This document shows, piece after piece, positions 38,001 to 49,108 of a DNA stretch of 52,526 bases. Origin of the DNA: Octopus bimaculoides (lineage: Eukaryota); contig NC_068999.1 in the NCBI RefSeq assembly GCF_001194135.2, positions 53,318,683 to 53,371,208 of the forward strand, given 5' to 3'. The position numbers and the translations under genes were made by a program. How positions within the stretch are numbered: position 1 is the stretch's first letter; every line of letters starts with the position of its first letter. The notes under the pieces are model-generated. The model was not told where the DNA came from. It worked only from the letters and a program-made list of their open reading frames with translations, and did not search any database.

Positions 38001-39379
38001 CTTTCAGGGGAAACTAAGTGCAGACAATCAATCTCCTTCTGAAATAATGTACTTAAAGTATTTAGTTAAGGAAGTAAGAAATGCTGTTAAAAACTTTTTA
38101 AAATACATAACGTCCTAATAGTCTTGTCACTGACGGAACACCATTCTTTAAATAAAATGAAGAGCTAAAAATTCACGTTCTTTGAAAATTTTGAGGCATT
38201 AAATTTTTTTTTTTTTTGCCTTTTTACTTGTTCTATTTTTGTTTTTTAAAGGTATTGGGTATGTCATAAAGTGGCTTCCTTTTTCATTTTAGGTTATAAC
38301 GTCCCAACCATTAACTGCCCCAACTTTGTATTGCAACTGCGAAGTCTTTACGATAAAGAAGTCAAGAAATATCTCCCACAAGTTGGTAAAATATTCAAGT
38401 TGGATAATACTAAGGTAACTATGAAATTCCCTTTACTTACAAATATGGTTTTTTCTTCTGGTTGTAGTAAAGTTTAGGAAGTAAGAGTGAGAGAAAGTTG
38501 TGGTGAAAGAGTACAGCAGGGTTCGCCACCATCCCCTGCCAGAGCCTCGTGGAGCAGGTGTTTTCGCTCAATAAACACTCACAATGCCCGGTCTGGGAAT
38601 CGAAACCGCGATCCTCTGACCGCAAGTCCGCTGCCCTAACCACTGGGCCATTGCACCTCCACTTTGTTTACAATATACCTGCAGAATAGATGAAGAGGTT
38701 TTAGCTAAACTGTTTTTAGTCATAAATGTTTTTGATCTGAATTGAGCAGCAATCACAACTTGCAAATATTTCAGAGTGGGGTGTTCAACAATAATTCAAT
38801 GATCGTAAATAGTTTGAAATTAAGAATTCTTTCTTCCATTTGGAACAAGTTTAGTGTCTAGATTAGAAGTGTAACAAGGATTACAGAATGTTAAAAGCAT
38901 TGTGTATATTTTCAATAATTAGTTGTATTGTTGAAATTCATTCATTGAAATATTTAACACTTTTTAAATTTTCTTTTTAGATGAAGGAGACCCTTGGTAT
39001 TACTCCAAAAGAATGTAAAGAAACCATCATTGATATGGCTTACAGTTTAATAGAAGCTGGTGTCATCAAAAAGACCAAGAAGTACAAGGGACAGAATGCT
39101 CAGAATGCTGCAGAGGAGAATGCTGATGCCAAAGAAGATGAAGAAAAGAAGGAAGGAGACAATAGCGATAAGCCAAAGGAGAATGGAGAAGTGAAGGAGG
39201 AAGATAAAGCAGAGAAAGAAGAAACAAAGGCAGAAGAGAAGGCTTCAGAAGAGAAGGCTGAGGAGAAGAAAGACGAAAAAATTGAAGAAGCTGATAAGGA
39301 TAAGAAAGAAGATTCAAAACCAGAAAATGAAGAGAAAGCAGAAGAGAAAAAAGCTGATGAGCCTGAACCAGAAAAATAA
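28875..39379 (+). CDS. Multi-exon gene: extended SDR / NAD(P)-dependent epimerase-dehydratase family protein (aldehyde reductase II / dihydroflavonol-reductase-like) with acidic E/K-rich C-terminal tail; 5' start exon not located
   Basis: Joining 28875-29088, 32452-32633, 34293-34427, 35030-35115, 36212-36332, 37363-37443, 38293-38414 and 38981-39379 (1340 nt, plus 1 nt owed by an upstream exon) gives one uninterrupted frame. All introns are GT..AG with matching phases (2,1,1,0,1,1,0). Motifs seen: VLVTGASGF (Rossmann TGxxG), HVISPFP, KRVVMTSS, YGKCK (YxxxK), INPSYVMGP, VDVRDVASAH, GKRFI, DNTK. Confidence 0.95.
29658..29872. mobile_element. piggyBac-like MITE (215 bp)
   Basis: TTAA|CCCTTTAG ... 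CTAAAGGG|TTAA, i.e. TTAA on both flanks and CCC/GGG termini typical of piggyBac. Related copies at 32076-32266 (same strand) and 30206-30269 (inverted fragment). Confidence 0.75.
30504..30736 (+). mobile_element. SINE family A, full-length, intronic, nested in an older antisense copy
   Basis: ggcggcgagctggcagaaacgttggc...gagttcaacttc...ggggtcgattaaataagtaccag...ccccttgtgggaagtaaac; collinear with 10850-11078. Confidence 0.9.
31571..31693. repeat. Dispersed repeat D (catcatc...ttccatgctggcatgggttgg...gatgc.cttcct); partial copies at about 25948-25985 and 35505-35595
   Basis: The motif tccat(g/a)ctggcatgggttgga occurs at 31597 and 25963; a diverged version with ccagatgccttacctgtcaccaac occurs at 35505-35595. 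Confidence 0.6.
32076..32266. mobile_element. piggyBac-like MITE, second diverged copy
   Basis: ttaaccctttaaacctgccatatcc...cagcctct...aagctacaagataatgcat...taaataagcattacattt is collinear with 29658-29872; the right terminus is decayed. Confidence 0.65.
32452..32633 (+). CDS. SDR coding exon B (PVKGCQYVIHVISPFP...KRVVMTSSSAAIT)
   Basis: T-tract plus CAG acceptor ending 32451; GTAAGT donor at 32634; contains the TSS catalytic Ser motif. Confidence 0.94.
34293..34427 (+). CDS. SDR coding exon C (HGDAAGDSKAFTEEAWSDPSKLDPYGKCKTLAEKAGWEYIKELP)
   Basis: CAG acceptor ending 34292; GTGAGA donor at 34428; YxxxK at 34367-34381. Absent from the ORF track because it is short. Confidence 0.94.
35030..35115 (+). 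CDS. SDR coding exon D (EDKIELTVINPSYVMGPVLPGTTCYSSE)
   Basis: TTTTAG acceptor ending 35029; GTATGT donor at 35116; family motif INP..V.GP. Confidence 0.92.
35755..35881 (-). mobile_element. SINE family C, 5' part, intronic antisense
   Basis: Minus strand: gtgtagtaagaacccttgcttcccaaccacatggttctgag...gtcccact...ttgggcaagc...aaccttgtgaatggatttggtagatgg. Confidence 0.72.
36212..36332 (+). CDS. SDR coding exon E (IVQVLLERSSLVIPKLNFAIVDVRDVASAHVKAMTLEEAA)
   Basis: TTTTTAG acceptor ending 36211; GTAAGA donor at 36333; VDVRDVAxAH motif. Confidence 0.94.
37363..37443 (+). CDS. SDR coding exon F (KRFIVHANEMWMKDIAQVLAKEFKSQ)
   Basis: Pyrimidine tract plus CAG acceptor ending 37362; GTTAGT donor at 37444; G-KRFI motif completed across the splice. 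Confidence 0.92.
38293..38414 (+). CDS. SDR coding exon G (YNVPTINCPNFVLQLRSLYDKEVKKYLPQVGKIFKLDNTK)
   Basis: TTTTAG acceptor ending 38292; GTAACT donor at 38415; phase matches both neighbours. Confidence 0.91.
38476..38662 (-). mobile_element. tRNA(Arg)-like SINE family B (possibly an octopus OR-type family), 3'-truncated, intronic antisense
   Basis: Minus strand reads gtggaggtgcaatggcccagtggttagggcagcggacttgcggtcagaggatcgcggtttcgattcccagaccgggc. A box is TGGCCCAGTGG; B box is GGTTTCGATTCC (variant). About 10-12 differences from the 51284-51531 copy, by eye. Confidence 0.9.
38981..39379 (+). CDS. SDR terminal coding exon H (MKETLGITPK...KKTKKYKG followed by a 95-aa E/K/D-rich tail, TAA)
   Basis: TTTTTAG acceptor ending 38980; phase 0 from exon G; ORF 38981..39379 in the track. 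Confidence 0.93.
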   Translation: MKETLGITPKECKETIIDMAYSLIEAGVIKKTKKYKGQNAQNAAEENADAKEDEEKKEGDNSDKPKENGEVKEEDKAEKEETKAEEKASEEKAEEKKDEKIEEADKDKKEDSKPENEEKAEEKKADEPEPEK

Positions 39380-42300
39380 AAATATTAATAATTATTATGA
39401 TTATAAAAGATAACAAAGGGCGAGGAAAAAAGGAAAAAATGGAAGGAAAAGGAATGAGATATTCACAATTGCTAAACAAAAAAAATATTAACAGAAAAAA
39501 AAAAAAGAAATGAAGATCTGTTTGTGAAGATATCTAGGCAACAGCCATTTCTGATCTTAAAATCTTCGTTGTTGCTTCTTGATACTGGAAGTTTTGATTT
39601 GCTCATTTTTCTATTTCATTTGTCAAAATCTTGTCAGTCAAAAACAAAACATAAAAAAAGATATATGTATAAAACTACTGATGCTCCCAGCCAGCATCAC
39701 TGACTCACTGTCTATTTCTTTCTATTGTATATCTCGTTCTATAATTTGAATCTATTTACTTGCTATCCCTCTTTCTAAAGTTCCTGATGAATATCCTGAC
39801 ATAAATTGATATAACAAAACACATTTACCAAAAAAAAAAAATTCAAAAAAAAAAAACATGGGGGTTTCAACTGAGTTCTTTAAAAGAAACTTTTTTTTTT
39901 TTTTCAATTCACCAAGTTTTGACCAATTACCTACCTTGGTTGTTATATTTTAAATTGAATATAAAGAAATAAAAAAAATGAAATATATATATATATATAT
40001 AAAATTCAAATGAAAAGTTAAACAAGTGATTTCCTTTTTCTGTAATTTGGTGGAAGTGGACGTCAAAGGAAATATATAAATAATTCTGGGGACACTGAAT
40101 GCTAAGAGGAGCATGTGACAGTTTTTTATGGAAAAGCTAACATCTATAAACCATCTTAAATGATTTTGAAAAATGGAAAAAAATTAAAATAAAATAAAAT
40201 TATATTATGAATAATTTGCTAATGGTAATTTCTAGATATGTTTAAGTTTTGATAACTAGTATATTATTAGTTTTCTTTTCTCATTTCAAGAGATTAATTT
40301 CTTGTTTCTGCAGAGCTTACCCAAGATTTCTAACTTAAAATTGCACTATTGTCTTGAGGCGGGTACAGCTATACTTTAATTGAATTAGTATTGAAAAGAA
40401 ATTTCAATTTTAAAATCTTTTGCATTTTGTTTATCACATTCCCAGTAAGCTTATTCTGATAATAGAATTTAACGTTTTTAATTTAATTTTTTCTCTGATG
40501 AATTGTTTGTAAGTGTCTAAATGAAATTCTTCATTTAGAGAAATCAGTAACTTACCTCTCTGTGGGTATTATTGCAAAGACTTTGTATATCATTCCAGCT
40601 TCTTCCACAAAAATGGATGTAACACCCTACCCCAGAACTACACTGCCTCCTTCTTACCATCATCATCACCTTCCTCCTCCACAACACTAAAATATAATGC
40701 CTCTATGACTCTGGACGTTTTTTTTTCCTTTTTCTGTGTTTGGAAGTATCATTTTCCTCTTAATTCCTTTCTTCCCCACCCCAAAGTTTCTTGGTAAAGT
40801 TTTGATTCTAATAGTGGTGCTTGACCATTCAATTGGTTTGAGCATAACTCTTTCTCCTCTTTCCTCCCCAACAATTCTTAGATTTCCCATCATATTTTGA
40901 TGTTTTGTAGAACTCTCTAACTCCACTCTTAAAGAACTAAGGATATTCTATTTCGAGATGCACAGATCTATTTCTGATTGAGATAACAAAAATACGACAG
41001 TGGGTTAGGTGTCGGTTGCCATTTTAAGACTGTTCATCTTTGAATTATCTGCATATTAAAAAAAAAAAACAAGAGGAAGGTGGACAATGTTAAGTGTAAT
41101 TGTTGCTGACAAAGACAGCTTTCTCATGCCAGTGTCACACCTTTTTTGAGCTTTGTTAAATAATTAAGTGGTTGTTAAGGCCAAACTACTAATATAGATT
41201 TTCATCTCTAAGTCAGTGTATAACCAGCTTTCTCCATTGATATTTCTCAAGGCTGGTGCATGCCTGGTTCCTTACAGGTGTGATCTTGATCAGATTAAAA
41301 ATTGGAATTTTTACTAACGGTCATACAAGTTTTGTTTCTGTGTTCACAGATACAAATGGTTATTTCTGTATTAAACTAAAGCTAAGGAGTAGGTTTTCCT
41401 TAATCTGGTGGCTCTTAAGCCGGATCTAATTCTTTGTAGCTATTAATAACCAACATTTCCTGTGATACAGTGATTTTTGCCTTCATTTTCTTATACTTAG
41501 CTTTACACTAAGCCTGTTTCTGTTGCAATTCCCCTAAGTTGGGGAAGCAATTTAAGATCCTGTATTAAATTTGAAGTTATTTAGCAATATTTCCAGTTTT
41601 AACTACTAAACTGAATTTTGTTCTTTCTGTAGGTATGAACAGTTAAACCTTGTTGAAATTTTTTTTTCTTGCAGCATTCCTTAATGTATTTTGGGTTTTT
41701 TTAAGAATTGTGCAACAGATTGTGTTGCTTATGTTCTATATTCTTAACCAAATTTTCAATGTTTTGGTACTACATATGTTCACACTAAGGAAACTGCCCT
41801 GGTCACAATCATTTCATGCCATTGGCCTTTAAAAATAAACAAATTGATACAGCCCCACCAATATTATAATGATTTATTGTCTGAATGTTCATAAGATATA
41901 TATAGATTTATATTAATACTCAATATATATTTGTGTGAGTGAATTTATGCTGAAAAATGGTGATTAGAAATGCTAAAATTTACATTAAAAAATTTTCTAT
42001 ACATACACATTCATTTGTTTCGAAGTATGTTGCAAAGAAAAAAAAATTCAAGACTGTTCCTTTCTCTAACGGAATTTTCATGCTGGTATCTGTTTCTACA
42101 TACCGTTATTTTTGTCACATTATTTCTGGTGCTGTTTCATTACAGTTACCAGACAGCTTCAACTTGTGGGGTGGGGGGTGCGCTTTCAGAGAGTTAATGT
42201 TTGTGTGTATGTATGTGTGTGTGTGTGTGTGTGCGTGCGTAAGTCTGTTTGTGTGTCTGCGTGTGTCGACGTACACACTTCACTGTAGCTATGTCCATCT

Positions 42301-44799
42301 TTCCACAGTGCAATCATGTAAATGCAATGATAAACAGTTCCATAATTATTCCGTTGTCCAGAATCTCCAGTGATGAAATCACTCCAGATTCTTTTTGACG
42401 ATTCCAGATGACTGTATATCTTTTGATGACAGTTCATTCTAAATAGCTATGAAAAATTTCAATAAATGTGAACGAAAAAAAATGAAATAATGTGAAAAAC
42501 AAATGTCTTAGTTCATTTCTTTGTGTTAAGATTTCCTAACGCTTTGAACCCGACCCTACTACTTTCAACATAACAAGCTGGCTTCCATTTCTTACTTTTG
42601 GTTGCTGTCTGGTTTACGTAGCCAACCAGACTATATACATATATATATACTGCAGACATCTGACTTTTTAGTCCATTTAAAGTTGACATCATGGGATAAA
42701 TTTACTCCTAATACCTATTTTGGCCAGTAAATTTTAGCAACCTGTTTCCTGTTTAATCAGGAGTTTGCTAACGTGTGATTCAACTTGTACCTTCTCAACT
42801 TATCTAACCTGTTAATTTTTTTTTATTTTTAAATTAGATATAACATCATTCTAATTGTGATGTTACATATTTACAACTCAAATGGTTCACAGAATTAATA
42901 CTGGACAAGATGCACTGCAGAATTTAGTTATCTAGCAGCTCTTAAACCTATCCTATTCTATACAGCTATTAAGTTTCTTATACATTGATTTTTTTTTTTT
43001 TTTTTCTCGTTGCAACTTGTGTGAAATTCTTTTCTGTTGCAACTCCTGTAAATTAAAGACTATTATGAAAACTGGTGCTATCGTGAAATATAACTCAATT
43101 TCACACTTAAACGTGGCAGCCTGCAGCAGCAGCAGCAGCAGGGAATGCTATTTAAATCCATCAGTTGAAAGGTTTATACCTGTTACAACGATCCAACAAG
43201 ATCACTACCAGAAAAAGCAATTGATATCTTGTCAGAAATAATTCAGTAAGCCCAGTCTTTACAAAGGGAACGTCTCTGCCCTGTCTTTTTCTTTTGACTA
43301 TTAGTACCTAAGTTTTTGTAGTGCTCCATGTGCTGGAGACCTACCCTATCGCCCAGAGAATTTCAAGGTCATTAAAGTTGCACATATCAACAAGCATTCG
43401 ACGTTCCTGGGATAAGGGGCCTGTTCCATGATGTCTATCAATGAGTTTCAGCTTTTGGAATTGAAGTTATCAATCGGTATTACCCTAATGTTTCTTTTTG
43501 ATTCCCTCTGGTATCCTCCGAGCTTTGGTAATGCCTTTTGTTCTTCATGAACTTTAAGGACATACTTGCCGTCGCATCTAACAACGTGCAAATCTGTACA
43601 CAGGACACTATCTTTTACACATCGTTGGTTTTTTTGTGCATAGACATCATCCACATGATTCCAAGAAGCCCCATTCTAGACGTGCACCAATTCTCAGATC
43701 GGAGACTTAAAAATATCCTTCAATGCAAGCATAAATTTAATCCTCATCAGTAGCTTTAGGGACAAACACTATATACAAAGGAAAGTCCTGAAGAACATAC
43801 AATCAATACCTTCAAAGATATAACCGGTAGACTTCACAACCTTTGAGGATTCTCATACTGATTTTTGTGTGTTGTGTATATATGCACGCACACTTACGCT
43901 ACGACCACTTCAGCATCCGACGTGTGGCATACTGTGCACCCGTGCAGGCAATGTCAATTTTGACGGAGTGAACTAATATATACAGCACAAACATTTGATC
44001 ACAAACAGATCATCTGTGCAGGTTATTCAGCAAGACATTGCAGAGCCCTCATCTTCTGTCTGTTACAGGGGAGTCCGTGATATATAAAATCACGTTAAAA
44101 TTCTCTCAAATGCTAGATTTCCTCTACAGGGCCCGAAAATAACTTTATAAAGCTTAAGAACTACTATGCAAATATCCCAAGACCCCAGCTGATCAATAAT
44201 CAGACGTCTCTTTCCCGTACCTCAAATCAATTATTTTCCTTTTAAGACTGCAACCTCCTACCAATGTTCTGATTGAATAGCAACTGTATCAAGCTTACCA
44301 GTCTAGAGAGGGACTTTCAAAAGCTATTGACCTTTTCTTTCTCTGACTGTTCCCCAGAATAGCTATCTTCTTTACGTGTTTTATTTTAATGTTAGTTGTC
44401 AATCGAAACAACGATTCAAACAAGAGGATCTCCACCCAGTTGTTCGACGTGCTATAAATAGCAACCAAACTTTCATAAATTACTGTGCAGGATGATGTAG
44501 TCTCTGAATATGCCTTTAGATCACACCTCTGTTCTATCAGCTTTAAAACAAAAAAATGTTTCCACGCAATAGTTCCCTTTTATATGGCCTTGGCCACTTG
44601 CCATATAAACCATAGTTTGAATTTAGAAGATAAGTTGCTGGCTCACAAATTGCATTTATCCATCTTAAACTTCTCTAGTGTTCGTCCTCACGTCTTAGAT
44701 GGACAGTGAGATATTTTAGATCAAAAAACGTGCCAACTAGTTTGAAAAAGCCTGATTAGGACCCAGCGATGTTTTTTTTGTTTTTTTTTTTTTTTTTTT

Positions 44800-45091
44800 N
44801 NNNNNNNNNNNNNNNNNNNNNNNNNNNNNNNNNNNNNNNNNNNNNNNNNNNNNNNNNNNNNNNNNNNNNNNNNNNNNNNNNNNNNNNNNNNNNNNNNNNN
44901 NNNNNNNNNNNNNNNNNNNNNNNNNNNNNNNNNNNNNNNNNNNNNNNNNNNNNNNNNNNNNNNNNNNNNNNNNNNNNNNNNNNNNNNNNNNNNNNNNNNN
45001 NNNNNNNNNNNNNNNNNNNNNNNNNNNNNNNNNNNNNNNNNNNNNNNNNNNNNNNNNNNNNNNNNNNNNNNNNNNNNNNNNNNNNNNNNNN
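44800..45091. other. Assembly gap (N run)
   Basis: Ns. Confidence 1.
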
Positions 45092-45848
45092 CAAAAGAAC
45101 GGTTAAATATTGATGTCGAACTCTTTAAAATCATGCTTCAGCTAAACTAACGAATACTGCATCACAGGTGGTAAGCTTCCGGAAAGAAAGGCTGTGACGC
45201 AGCTTCAGTCCCTGATAGAAATTATTTCATTTCAATTGCGCCGCTATTGCCATTTTGGAATGGCTTGGTGGTCATAAGGTTGGTTGGTTTGTTTCTTTCT
45301 TTCCTTCCTTGAAAGGTGAGTCTTTCTCCCAAGACAAAAAGTTGTCTCGGTGAAAGTATTCTGCATTATTCGAACATCACAAAAAGCATACTGAGGTTTG
45401 TTTCGGAGTGCTACTATAGAAGTATCTGCTATAGATTAATCGACGAGTCAACTTCACCTCCATTCTAGCTTAACAGGTCCTCAATAACTAGGTCCATCAA
45501 TTTTGTACTTTTCGTCCTTCAAAGGAAATACTTTACGCTAAACGCTACACTCGATCTTTCCGAACTGCAATAGTCACAATTCCATCCTCGCTCAATGTGC
45601 TACTGCTTAAAACTGTTATTAAATTAGTCAACGAGGAAGCCCCAGCGCAGTCGTTCGACCAGCAAGAATTACCGATCAAATCTCTCACAAGTCATAGAAA
45701 CCGCATAAAAAAAAGAATTTTAATTGGATAGTGAACCCAAAAGTATCTGGAACACCTTTGAAACTTAGATGTATTCGATCGAAGCTTAAGCAACTACGCG
45801 TATAAACAAAAACTAACAACTGATTCGTTTAATATTTCTAGAACAAAA

Positions 45849-45951
45849 ATGCCACCTAGGTCGACTTTGCTTTACATCCTTTCGGGGCCGATTTAATCGG
45901 CTTAGCCCTTTTCACAAAGTTGCTGGCCTAGTGCCAAAATTTGAAACCAAT
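45849..45951 (+). mobile_element. SINE family A, 5'-truncated with internal deletion
   Basis: ggtcgactttgctttacatcctttcggggccgat joined directly to taatcgg, then the tgctggcctagtgccaaaatttgaaac tail. Confidence 0.75.
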
Positions 45952-46680
45952 ATTTCCAGAAAGATTCTCTGACTGAATCTCCAGTTCACAAGTTCTGACA
46001 TTTGACGAAAGTCTTTCTCCAGCTGTTATCCCTGGAGTTTGTTTTGTGGTGTTTACCGTAAGACAATTAAAAACTGTAAACTACCTGTTTTTAATATCGC
46101 CAGAAGCTATATTCGAGCTATTATTTTCCTACATCATGTGGCTACATTATCTTTTATGTTAAGGTCACATCTATGAATGCAATTTTTGTCATCCCTATAT
46201 TTGTTGTATTATTTAAAAGGACTACTCGATTTGTCCGTAAGTTATTCTTCCTCATATGAATCTAAAATTATTATATGATTCGGTTTACAATATCATCCTC
46301 TACTTGTGATTTAATTTTTCTTAATACAATTTGTAACGAGTTTGTCATGAGGACAAAACAAGAGGAAATACCCATGGATACATTCTGCATAAAAACCAAG
46401 TAGTAAGGTCTGTACGAAGATGCTTAATGTGAGCCAAGATATTAGAATTAATTAGGATTATTCCTGTGATGAGAAAAACTCGACAATTCTTGTAAGAAAT
46501 GCAAGAGATAACTTCTAAATTTGAATTAAACATAGTATGTGTGCAATGCAGTAGAAGGGTGTCTAATTTTGGTAGTATAGTGACAACTCTGGACATATTT
46601 TGATCTCATTAGACTACCTCAGCAATATCATCAAACAAAGATAACTTATAAAATGCCTTACTGGCCAGAATTAATTATTG

Positions 46681-46882
46681 AAGGTGGTGAGTTGGCAGAA
46701 TCGTTAGAGCGCCGGAAAAATTCTTGACAACATTTCTTTCGGATCTTAACGTTCTGAGATCAAATTTACATTTCATCCTTCCGTGGTCAATAAAATAAAG
46801 TACCCATCAAGCATTGGGGTCGATATAATCGACTTGCTCCTCCCCTCAAAATTACTGAACTTGTGTCAAAATAAGAATTATT
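46681..46882 (+). mobile_element. SINE family A, diverged
   Basis: aaggtggtgagttggcagaatcgttag head, tttcatccttccgtggtcaataaaataaagtacc core, ggggtcgatataatcgac. Confidence 0.82.
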
Positions 46883-47295
46883 AAGCTAATGATTATTTTT
46901 CCTTGTCACCAGTACAATTTCAATAAATTAAAATTTCTGGGGTCGCTCCATTAATACGTTAGCAGCGACCTTACTGTTAAGTCACGAAGATTAATTCTCC
47001 AAAACCTGACTTTTTAGAACGGATGGGATTTACTATGGGTGGATTATTATTCCTTACATGTATCCCCAAAAAGCATTAACATTTTGTTCTGATAGGCGTA
47101 GATTATTTACAAGAAAACTGACAAGTTTGAAGAAACTAGGCGAATAGTGTGTTTAGCCCAAATCCACCCTAATCCAGCAATCAATCTTATGCTCACACGA
47201 GTTCTATCTGTGAACTATGCCGCTTTTTTCTTTTTAGGCAGAATGTATCTAGGACTACACTATCCACTGTCTCTTTCTTTTATAAAAGGCTAGAG

Positions 47296-47551
47296 CTGTG
47301 GTTTTCAACCGGGGTTCATATGGCCCTTGCGGGTCCATATAAGATTTTGTTGTTAAAATTTATTTCCAATAAATTGGTTATACTTTTACAATGCACAAAA
47401 TATTTTAACAATTTTTGTAATACCATTCCGAATGATATTTAATTATAAAAAATATAATACAATTTTTTAGACATCAAATGGCTATGAGGGTCCATCTGAG
47501 CAAAATAGGAACCAAAGGGGTCCATAGGTGAAAAATAGTTGAGAAACACTG
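47296..47551. mobile_element. hAT (Charlie-like) MITE, 256 bp
   Basis: Termini ctgtggttttcaacc and tagttgagaaacactg approximate the CAGTGGTTCTCAACC inverted repeat. Internal gggtccat repeats. The left flank ggctagag resembles the NTCTAGAN target; the right flank tgctaagt is a partial match. Confidence 0.7.
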
Positions 47552-48100
47552 TGCTAAGTTATGATGTGCTTGCCATTTTTGTCAAGCCGAGCGACGACTT
47601 CGAGATTCCCAGAGCGGCCCAAGGCGAATAACTGGTTAATGTTAGTAATAAATGAGTTGGAATGCATGGAAGAAACAAAACAAAACAAAAAAACTGATGC
47701 TTGGAGTAGTGTGGCATACCAGTCCCAAATAGTGTGAAGTTTCGAATGTTACCAAGTACATATCAATGAGAAATCAAATCTGCCACTAGTGCAATTTTTG
47801 CGAACCAGAAAAAAAAAAAAAAAACAACGAACTTAAAAATAAATTGAGAATCTGTACGAAGCGGGTAACTAGATCGAACAATACAGTTAGCATAACCTTG
47901 AAGAGAGCAGCTGGTGCTGGTTAACATGTCTCCTCTGAATGTGTTATAGAACTAAGCTGGCCTCTCTTAACTCGTTTGTTCACCCTCAGGTTTCGGTTCT
48001 CTTTTCGTTCCTTCAGTATGAATAATATAAACATTAATGATACAGAGGAGTCCATTTTGCAAAGAGTTTTCACCATTCCTTGCTTCCAAAGAATTTTTTT

Positions 48101-48312
48101 TTTTACTTACTTCAGTCCTTAAACTGCGGTCATGCTAGGGCCACAGTTTAGTCGAATGAATCGACACCAGTACAAATTTTTTTAAAGGCTACTACTTATT
48201 CTATCGGTCTCTTGTATCGAACCGCTAAGAGGAGGTAAACATATTAACACCAGTTGTCAAGCGGTAGCTGGTGGAACAGACACACACACATATAGACGAT
48301 TTTCCTTCAATC
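48101..48312 (-). mobile_element. SINE family C, 3' half
   Basis: ttttacttacttcagtc...actgcggtcatgctagg...tttagtcgaatgaatcgac...tacttattctatcggtctctt...gaaccgctaag is the reverse complement of the 20800-20949 tail. Confidence 0.72.
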
Positions 48313-48422
48313 TTTCTAAGCCCTGTAAAAGAACTCGGAAAGTTGGGCCTCCAATCAAACCTTTCGCGATACTCTTAAGCCAGATACTTTTCAATACCTC
48401 CTCGTATAGTAGATTCCAGTTT

Positions 48423-48451
48423 ACACACACACACACACACACACAGACACA

Positions 48452-48488
<37 letters not shown>
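48423..48488. repeat. (CA)n-(CT)n compound microsatellite
   Basis: Directly visible. Confidence 0.95.
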
Positions 48489-48581
48489 AGTATCATCACC
48501 ATTCTAAGATCTAAGATTACAATGGGTTGGTACTCCCTTGTATCAACCTCAGTAATTGGCTGGCATTTATTTTATCAACCC

Positions 48582-48853
48582 TAGTCTTGGGCCTGGGAAC
48601 AGAGGGTGCAGGGAATGCAAGCGCCTACCCACCCCACTTAAAATTTTTGTGGGATGCAAAATCAAAATTTGCACTTCTACTTACTTTTCTCAGGTTTAGA
48701 AAACTGAGTAAAAAATGATCTGTAAAAAGTAACTTGAATTAGGTTTCTTCTCAAAGAACAAAAGACAAGTAAAAGAAAAAACATGACCTTATTTGTAAAA
48801 ATCTGGGGGTTTGTGTTTGCACCCCATAAGCAAATTTTGTTCCCCTGACAGTG
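48582..48853. mobile_element. Unclassified MITE-like insertion (about 272 bp); second copy at about 50476-50768
   Basis: Absent from the paralogous segment at 50182-50328. Subterminal inverted gggaac/gttccc and gggtgca/tgcaccc. Both copies share ttcttctcaaagaacaaa and taagcaaatt.tgttccc...cagtg. Confidence 0.65.
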
Positions 48854-49108
48854 ACCCCATTGGAAACGGGAAAGCCGACTAAGGTTGTAAAGAAGGATTA
48901 AGTATTCTATAAAAGAAAAAAATATATACATCAGCGTCTCTAAACACTAGGTGAACCATCCACTGCAATCATGACAGTAGAAGCTCTTTTGATCATTGGC
49001 ATGTGGAGTGTATGAATGAGTGGAAACGACGATCGTCTTCATAACATGCCCCAAACAAAATATCGAAAGACTGGCAGATACATATTCCGTTAAAATATAT
49101 CGTGAAGA

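Noticed and set aside
38590-38662. tRNA-Arg-like sequence as a real tRNA gene (also 51460-51531 and the SINE-A heads)
   Set aside because: No complete acceptor stem or cloverleaf, and each head is attached to a repeated SINE body.
28875-39379. Calling the SDR a pseudogene because of its motif changes
   Set aside because: All eight exons are in frame with canonical splice sites, there are no internal stops, and the catalytic S/Y/K are intact.
39375-39380. AATAAA overlapping the SDR stop codon as the poly(A) signal
   Set aside because: The region is A-rich with several other AATAAA hexamers downstream (about 39968, 40190 and 42460); the used site cannot be chosen without 3'-end data.
39066-39479. 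137-aa minus-strand L/S/F-rich ORF
   Set aside because: Antisense shadow of the purine-rich E/K tail exon.
43300-43800. Possible degraded LINE reverse-transcriptase remnant on the minus strand
   Set aside because: Only vague resemblance, multiple stops and no clear YADD-type motif; a tblastn/HMM search would be needed.
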